Shown here: positions 17,297 through 22,424 of the stretch, piece by piece
Layout: every line of letters starts with the position of its first letter
How positions within the stretch are numbered: position 1 is the stretch's first letter
NCBI GenBank assembly: GCA_964611355.1
Contig: CAZSYD010000006.1
Location: forward strand, 62,001-84,424
Reading direction: 5' to 3'
Source of the DNA: an uncultured Ignavibacteriales bacterium
Lineage (GTDB): Bacteria > Zixibacteria > MSB-5A5 > GN15 > JAAZOE01
DNA length: 22,424 bases
Translations under genes and position numbers: made by a program
The notes under the pieces: model-generated
What the model saw: only the letters and a program-made list of their open reading frames with translations
Databases searched by the model: none
What the model was told of the DNA's origin: nothing

Positions 17297-17520
17297 TACC
17301 TTCTCCTTCCAAAAAATGAGAAAATCTTGATTCGATTATAAATTAATACAATTTCCATAGAAGGCAAGCGTATATAATCAGGCCCGTTAAGAATCTCCTT
17401 TTCTTTACCAACCCTGATATCAACGATTACCGTTTAAATTCTGTTGCATAATTCGGTGACGGCGGCCATTATACAGACAAACGTGAGAACCGGAGGATTG
17501 TCATAACGGATATTGCCATC

Positions 17521-18336
17521 ATGACCGAAGCCGATATCGGCTTTGCCGTATCAATGACCGACTATGAGCGCTGGGCGTATCTGGAAGATGACTTCAAACG
17601 ACTGATTAAGCTCAGCCCGGAAGGATGTTTCGTGGCGTGGGAGAATGATAAACGGATCGGCATGATTACTTCGGTTACGTATGCCGACTATGCCTTCCTT
17701 GGGTGCTTAATCGTCAGGAAGGAATATCGAGGCCGAAAAATCGGCGAAGCCCTGATACACCGGGCCATAGATCATCTACACGGCAGGAGCGTCCGGTGTA
17801 TTGAACTCGACGGGGTCTTCTCTGCGGCGTCTCTCTACCGCCGACTCGGTTTTAAGGATAAATACCTTTCGCTTCGGTTCGCCAGGTACCCTTCGGGGCG
17901 GGCGGAGCAGAAAAAGGAACCAGCCGGGAGTTGCTCACCTGAAGAATTGACATCTTTTGATTTTGCCCAAACCGGAATTAATCGAAAAGAACTGCTTAAT
18001 TGTTATTTCCCGGAATTTGCAAATTCATTATATGTTACCGGAAATAACCGACTGACCGGCTATGCCTTTGTTACACCCCGAAAGGGAGGATTCCTTAAGA
18101 TTGGCCCGATGGTCACAAAAAATAAAAAATCAGCCGGACAGATCTTATCCGATATCTTGAAAGATTACGGCGGAGGTACTATTGTTATCGGCGTGCCGGC
18201 GGTGAACACGGCTGCAACAACGATAATGCTGCGCATGGGTTTTATTCACGGCCCGCCCGCGCTCAGGATGTACCTCGGCGAAAAGCGCGATTACGAAACA
18301 TCAATCTACGGCATCGCCGCCGCCGATAAAGGCTAA
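17521..18336 (+). CDS. Two-domain GNAT N-acetyltransferase (YitH-like C-terminal domain)
   Basis: Acetyl-CoA motif IVRKEYRGRKIGEALI and LYRRLGF. Second domain with FD....G..R..LL, GY, IGP, VPAVN.AA, MGF, RMYLG. The true start may lie a few codons upstream. Confidence 0.88.
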   Translation: MTEADIGFAVSMTDYERWAYLEDDFKRLIKLSPEGCFVAWENDKRIGMITSVTYADYAFLGCLIVRKEYRGRKIGEALIHRAIDHLHGRSVRCIELDGVFSAASLYRRLGFKDKYLSLRFARYPSGRAEQKKEPAGSCSPEELTSFDFAQTGINRKELLNCYFPEFANSLYVTGNNRLTGYAFVTPRKGGFLKIGPMVTKNKKSAGQILSDILKDYGGGTIVIGVPAVNTAATTIMLRMGFIHGPPALRMYLGEKRDYETSIYGIAAADKG

Positions 18337-18377
18337 TATTATAACTTCGCAGAATTCCCAAAGCGTCTCACGTAAAT

Positions 18378-18410
18378 AAAAAGCCCCTCTCCGTTCGGAA
18401 AGGGGCTTTT
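18378..18410. terminator. Bidirectional rho-independent terminator between the GNAT gene and the large repeat-protein gene
   Basis: AAAAAGCCCCT-ctccgttcggaa-AGGGGCTTTT: 10-bp perfect inverted repeat with A/T tracts on both sides, between convergent stops at 18336 and 18431. Confidence 0.85.
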
Positions 18411-18430
18411 CAATTTCTAAATCGCCAAAC

Positions 18431-21400
18431 TTACTTCATCAGAAGCATTTTCCGGGTGGCTGTGAACCCGCCGGCTTTGGCCTTATAGAGGTAGATTCCC
18501 GAGGCCACGTTCCTGCCGCCGGCATCGGTGGCATCCCAATTTACTTCGACCGGGCCGGCCTCGGAATATCCCGTGTATTCCCTGATTATCTGGCCGGCGA
18601 TATTATAGATTGATATGGTCCATTCCGAAGCGACCGGCAGGTTCAGACTGATCGTCGTAACCGGATTAAACGGGTTGGGGTAGTTCTGACTCAGTTGGAA
18701 TCTGCCCGGTATATTCCTGGTCGAGACCGGCAGGACAGTGCCCTGATAGTCAGACACCTCGGCATTGACCAGGCTGGCCGTACCTTCGGCCGGGATCGTC
18801 ACCAGGATATCTTTGCCGGAAGCAATGGCATTGGAGCCGATATTGTAGATTAAAACCCGCAACTCGCTGCCGTCGAAGTTATGGGCCAATTCCATACCCT
18901 CGGCGCCGTTACCGGGTAGCGGATCACCGACCGTGCCTTCCACATGGAAGACCAGAAGCGCAGCACCGGCTCGGACATTGGTATTGTATTCAACCACTAA
19001 CCCGCCCGCAGATTCTATAGTAGTAATGTCGAATCGGCTGTCGGGAAACGGTTTGAGATAGGGTATGGCATCACCGGTGATTATACGGACCATATAAACC
19101 AGGTCAGCAACGGAAAGAGCAACGCCGTCGCCGTTAACCTCGGAAGCAGCGATTGAAGCTTCCACGTGGGAACCAAAAGCCTCCAAACCTTTAATAAAGT
19201 AATTGGTGTACATGACGGCGTCCGCGATCTCGTTCGACACCCCGTTCTGGTTGATGTCGCCCCGGTCGTCGATCGAATCCGCTGGGATAATGTCAATACC
19301 GCCGTTCCAGAATTCTATACAGCGGATAGGGACCACCTTGTAACCGGTTATACAGGAATCGGGGGCGCCGACAAACGGTATCCTGGCATCTTCCGGGAAT
19401 TGAACGTCGTCCTCCTCATCCCAGATCATATTGCCAAGATAATCAAGAATGGCCGAATCAAGATATAGATATTCGCCACTCACGTCAGAGATGCTGTTAT
19501 CGCTGCAGTCGCCCCAGAAAAAATAGACCGGGACGTACTGACCTTCAAAGGTACGGTCGCTTGTGACCAGGAATGTCATCCTGGCCAGTTCATGCGGATC
19601 GGTGTCAGGCGGGCCGAAGCAGGCCGGATGGTTCATGCCGTCAAACGTCTCGGCTATGGCGATGATCCGAACCAAGCCGGAAGGACAGGCGTCGCCACAA
19701 TTACCGACATCTCCGAAGCGATAAGTGAAGTACTCCCAGTCGCAATCCTCAAGCAACTGTCCTCTGGAAACTTCCGCCAGAGTCAGCGCCGAAGCGTCAT
19801 AGGCGATCAGGAAGTCGAAACCGCCCATACCGTTCATGCTGTTTTCCGTTGTAATGCTGACGCTTTCAAAATGACCCTGCAGGGTGCCGTGCGTCTTCTC
19901 GATCTTTATTGTCGGACATTGGGTGGTATGGATAATCTGGACGTTAACATTGGTAACACAGGTGTCGGCAGTGCCGCCTTTGGCCGAATTGCAATCGTCA
20001 ACGGCGATCAAATAAATCGTATTTACGCCCTCGACCGGCGTGAAGCAAACTTCGTTACCGTCGAGATAACCGTCCACGCCCTCAATATAGCAGTCGGCCA
20101 GGTTGCCGTCGGGGTCTTCGCAATAGAACCCGGACAGGCAAATCATACTGACCTGATCGTACAGGAAGATGGTCGTGTCGCCCTGGCAATGGGCTGACGG
20201 CGGTTGGTTATACGTAATGGTAATATTGACGGTTCCGCCACAGGTTGCGCCGCAATCGTCATGGCATTCAAACTCGGCGCTGTATACGCCTGTACCTGAA
20301 GTTGTAAACGTCCAGGTGCTGCCGTCAAAACTTCCCGGGCCGCTGACCTTGGTACAGCCGACCAGGTTATTGTCCACATCGGTCGCCGAAACCGGGAAGC
20401 TAAAGGTAGTATCATCGCAGACAAAATGGTTGGCATCATCCGGCAGGTTGCATACCGGCGAACTATTAAGGTCAATTGTTATATTGGTCTGGCAGACGTC
20501 GGTCTCGCCGCATTCGTCGGTACCCGTCAGGGTGATGGTGTTAATTCCTTCAACCGGAGTAAACGTCACCTGATCACCATTTAAGGTACCGTTGTCCACA
20601 TCACAGGAGGCCAAATTATTGTCAACATCGCTGCAACTAAAGCCTGAAATCGTTATCGGCGCAAGATTGCAGACAAAGAACGCCTGATCATCGGCGCAGG
20701 CAACCTGTGGCGGGCTGTTCAATACCACGGTAATCTGGGTCTGACAAACATCCGTTTCGTTACATTCGTCGGTCGCCGTTAAGGTAATGGTATTAAGTCC
20801 TTCTATCGGCGTAAAGGTCACTTCGTCGCCGGTCAGCGTACCGTTATCCACATTACACGAAACCATGTTGTCATCAGGATCGCTGCAACTGAAACCCTGA
20901 ATCGTAACGGGCGACAGGTCACAGACAAGCAACGTTTGATTTGTGGGACAGGAAGCCTGCGGCGGGCTGTTCAAAACAACGGTAATCTGAGTTTGGCAAA
21001 CGTCAGTCTCGTCGCATTCATCGGTCGCCGTCAAAGTAATTGTATTGAGGCCCTCAATCGGCGTAAAGGTAACTTGGTCGCCGGTTAAGGTACCGTTGTC
21101 AACCTCGCAGGAGGTCAAATTATTGTCAACATCGCTGCAACTGAAGCCCGAAATCGTTACGGGCGACAGGTCGCAAACAACTATTGTCTGATTTCCCGGA
21201 CAGGTGGCTTCAGGCGGGCTGTTCAATGCCACGGTAATTTGGGTCTGGCAGACATCCGTCTCGTTACATTCATCGGTTGCCGTGAGAGTAATCGTATTCA
21301 GACCTTCGACCGGCGTGAACGTGACCTCGTCACCAACCAGGGTGCCATTGTCGACCGTGCAGGAGGCCAGATTGTTGTCCGGGTCGCTGCAACTAAAGCC

Positions 21401-22423
21401 TGAAATCGTTATGGGCGACAGGTCGCAGACAAGCATCGTTTGATTTCCGGGGCAGGTTGCCACCGGCGGCTGGTTATCGTATTGAACCGTAACATTTGTC
21501 TGGCATTGGCCAATTTCCCCGCAGGCATCTGTCACCGTATAGGTAATCGTGTAAAGGCCGCCGTTGGTGGGCGTGAAGCAGACGTAACCGCCAGACAGCG
21601 TACCCAAGTCAACTGACTCATCCACGATATTGTTATCCGGGTCCGAAGCGCTGAACGGACCGACGCAGATTTCGCCGGGCGTACACGGGAAGGTGACCGT
21701 CGTATCTTCCGGACAGGATGCTACCGGCGGGCTGTTTGTTACGGTCACGTTAAACGTACAATCGGAGGTATTATTGGCCGCATCCGTCGCCGTACAGGTG
21801 ACAACCGTGGTCCCGCCGGAGAAAAACGTGCCTGATGGCGGGTTGCAGGATATCGTTACGCCGGGACAGTTATCCGTCGCCGTGGCGCTGAAGGTCACCG
21901 TCGCCCCGCAGGTACCCGCCTCGGTCGCCACCGTGATATCGCCTGGACATTGGGCTACCGGATTCTCGGTATCGTTAACGGTAACATTAAAAGTGCAAAT
22001 CCCCGTATTACTCGAAGCGTCAGTGGCGGTACATGTTACTACCGTCGTCCCTACCGGGAAAAACGTGCCTGACGGCGGATCGCAGGAAATCGTTACTCCT
22101 GGACAATTATCGGTAGCTGTGGCTGTAAATGTTACTACCGCCCCGCACTGACCGGCATCGTTGCCAACCGTAATATCGGCGGGACATTGAGCTACCGGAT
22201 CCTCAGTATCGTTAACAGTAATGTTAAAGGTACAGGTATTCGTACATTTATTACCGGAAGCGTCAGTGGCGGTACAGGTCACTATCGTCGTCCCCACAGG
22301 GAAGAATGAACCCGAAGCCGGATCGCAATCTATCGTCGCGCCCGGACAGTTATCGGTCGCCGTGGCAGCAAAGGTTACCACCGCTCCGCACTGACCGGGA
22401 TCGTTGCCAACTGTGATATCAGC
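18431..22423 (-). CDS. Large Cys-rich surface protein (5' truncated by window): HYR repeats, 84-aa cadherin/Ig-like repeats, cohesin-like domain, dockerin, Ig-like domain, FlgD-Ig/T9SS type-A-like C-terminal domain
   Basis: The frame stays open to the window edge (ADITVGNDPGQCGAV...), so GTG 22381 is not the start. HYR motif P...CP.DITV...ATATDNC...CDP.SG.FFPVGTT.VTCTATD...CTFNVTV. Cohesin-like GGFDFLIAYDASALT (about 19290-19910). Dockerin RGDINQNG...SEVNGDG (about 19070-19264). C-terminal FQLSQNYPNPFNP...IYNIAGQ...WD..D..G..VASGIYLYK...RKMLLMK (18434-18700). Confidence 0.9.
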   Translation of the reverse strand, partial: ADITVGNDPGQCGAVVTFAATATDNCPGATIDCDPASGSFFPVGTTIVTCTATDASGNKCTNTCTFNITVNDTEDPVAQCPADITVGNDAGQCGAVVTFTATATDNCPGVTISCDPPSGTFFPVGTTVVTCTATDASSNTGICTFNVTVNDTENPVAQCPGDITVATEAGTCGATVTFSATATDNCPGVTISCNPPSGTFFSGGTTVVTCTATDAANNTSDCTFNVTVTNSPPVASCPEDTTVTFPCTPGEICVGPFSASDPDNNIVDESVDLGTLSGGYVCFTPTNGGLYTITYTVTDACGEIGQCQTNVTVQYDNQPPVATCPGNQTMLVCDLSPITISGFSCSDPDNNLASCTVDNGTLVGDEVTFTPVEGLNTITLTATDECNETDVCQTQITVALNSPPEATCPGNQTIVVCDLSPVTISGFSCSDVDNNLTSCEVDNGTLTGDQVTFTPIEGLNTITLTATDECDETDVCQTQITVVLNSPPQASCPTNQTLLVCDLSPVTIQGFSCSDPDDNMVSCNVDNGTLTGDEVTFTPIEGLNTITLTATDECNETDVCQTQITVVLNSPPQVACADDQAFFVCNLAPITISGFSCSDVDNNLASCDVDNGTLNGDQVTFTPVEGINTITLTGTDECGETDVCQTNITIDLNSSPVCNLPDDANHFVCDDTTFSFPVSATDVDNNLVGCTKVSGPGSFDGSTWTFTTSGTGVYSAEFECHDDCGATCGGTVNITITYNQPPSAHCQGDTTIFLYDQVSMICLSGFYCEDPDGNLADCYIEGVDGYLDGNEVCFTPVEGVNTIYLIAVDDCNSAKGGTADTCVTNVNVQIIHTTQCPTIKIEKTHGTLQGHFESVSITTENSMNGMGGFDFLIAYDASALTLAEVSRGQLLEDCDWEYFTYRFGDVGNCGDACPSGLVRIIAIAETFDGMNHPACFGPPDTDPHELARMTFLVTSDRTFEGQYVPVYFFWGDCSDNSISDVSGEYLYLDSAILDYLGNMIWDEEDDVQFPEDARIPFVGAPDSCITGYKVVPIRCIEFWNGGIDIIPADSIDDRGDINQNGVSNEIADAVMYTNYFIKGLEAFGSHVEASIAASEVNGDGVALSVADLVYMVRIITGDAIPYLKPFPDSRFDITTIESAGGLVVEYNTNVRAGAALLVFHVEGTVGDPLPGNGAEGMELAHNFDGSELRVLIYNIGSNAIASGKDILVTIPAEGTASLVNAEVSDYQGTVLPVSTRNIPGRFQLSQNYPNPFNPVTTISLNLPVASEWTISIYNIAGQIIREYTGYSEAGPVEVNWDATDAGGRNVASGIYLYKAKAGGFTATRKMLLMK
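20468..21475 (-). repeat. Four tandem 252-bp (84-aa) intragenic repeats, flanked by three more divergent copies
   Basis: N[SQ]PP anchors recur at 20711, 20963, 21215 and 21467 (exact 252-bp period). Consensus NSPPxATCPxNQTxxVCDLSPxTISGFSCSDxDNNLxSCxVDNGTLxGDxVTFTPxEGLNTITLTATDECxETDVCQTQITV. Confidence 0.95.
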
Positions 22424-22424
22424 G
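21737..22424 (-). repeat. Tandem HYR-domain repeats (about 237 bp, 79 aa); about three copies visible, likely continuing beyond the window
   Basis: GCTACCGGAT anchor at 21954 and 22191 (237-bp period). Repeated DTExPVAQCPxDITV...ATATDNCPG. Confidence 0.92.

Noticed and set aside
17297..17520. Sigma54 promoter, NtrC/GlnR box or glutamine riboswitch upstream of glnA
   Set aside because: No TGGCAC-N5-TTGC, no convincing palindrome and no recognisable riboswitch. Only a minus-strand TATAAT with a poorly spaced -35.
19592..22151. Plus-strand ORFs inside the large repeat gene (19592-20197, 20169-20573, 21630-22151)
   Set aside because: Antisense mirrors of the repeats with no independent coding evidence.
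22379..22381. GTG 22381 as start of the 1316-aa ORF
   Set aside because: It falls mid-HYR repeat, the frame is open to the window edge, and no signal peptide follows.
20468..22424. Regularly spaced DNA repeats considered as a CRISPR array or a DGR template/variable repeat pair
   Set aside because: Periods of 252 and 237 bp are multiples of three, lie in frame within a CDS and vary mostly at synonymous sites. There are no unique spacers, no adenine-specific variation that I could see, and no cas or reverse transcriptase gene in the window.
1..22424. tRNA, rRNA, IS elements, integrases or prophage genes
   Set aside because: None recognised. Nearly all the sequence is explained by the CDSs listed, and the intergenic gaps show no such signatures.

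Overview
Bacterial genomic window, probably from an FCB-superphylum lineage such as Ca. Zixibacteria. This is inferred from the Cys-containing dockerins, the distinctive cohesin-like domain and the NYPNPFNP C-terminal module. Left end: the tail of sdhC, then sdhA and sdhB. Centre (3.0-15.2 kb): four co-oriented genes for secreted modular proteins, namely a C25 cysteine peptidase, an M14B zinc carboxypeptidase, a Lys-gingipain (Kgp)-like C25 peptidase and a non-catalytic GEVED/cleaved-adhesin protein. Each ends in a dockerin of exactly the same length (65 aa). Next come a minus-strand glnA with unusual substitutions, a gene fusing a RelA/SpoT-type zinc-finger domain to a DUF2250-like winged helix, and a divergent two-domain GNAT. 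Right end: the 3' part of a very large Cys-rich repeat protein (HYR repeats, 84-aa repeats, cohesin-like domain, dockerin, FlgD-Ig/T9SS-type C-terminal domain) that runs off the window. Best candidate for a new system: a cellulosome-like, cohesin-dockerin-assembled surface proteolytic complex, possibly matured by Lys-specific cleavage plus carboxypeptidase trimming. The RelA-ZFD/DUF2250 fusion behind an atypical glnA is a second candidate. All assignments come from motif recognition by eye; no searches were run.
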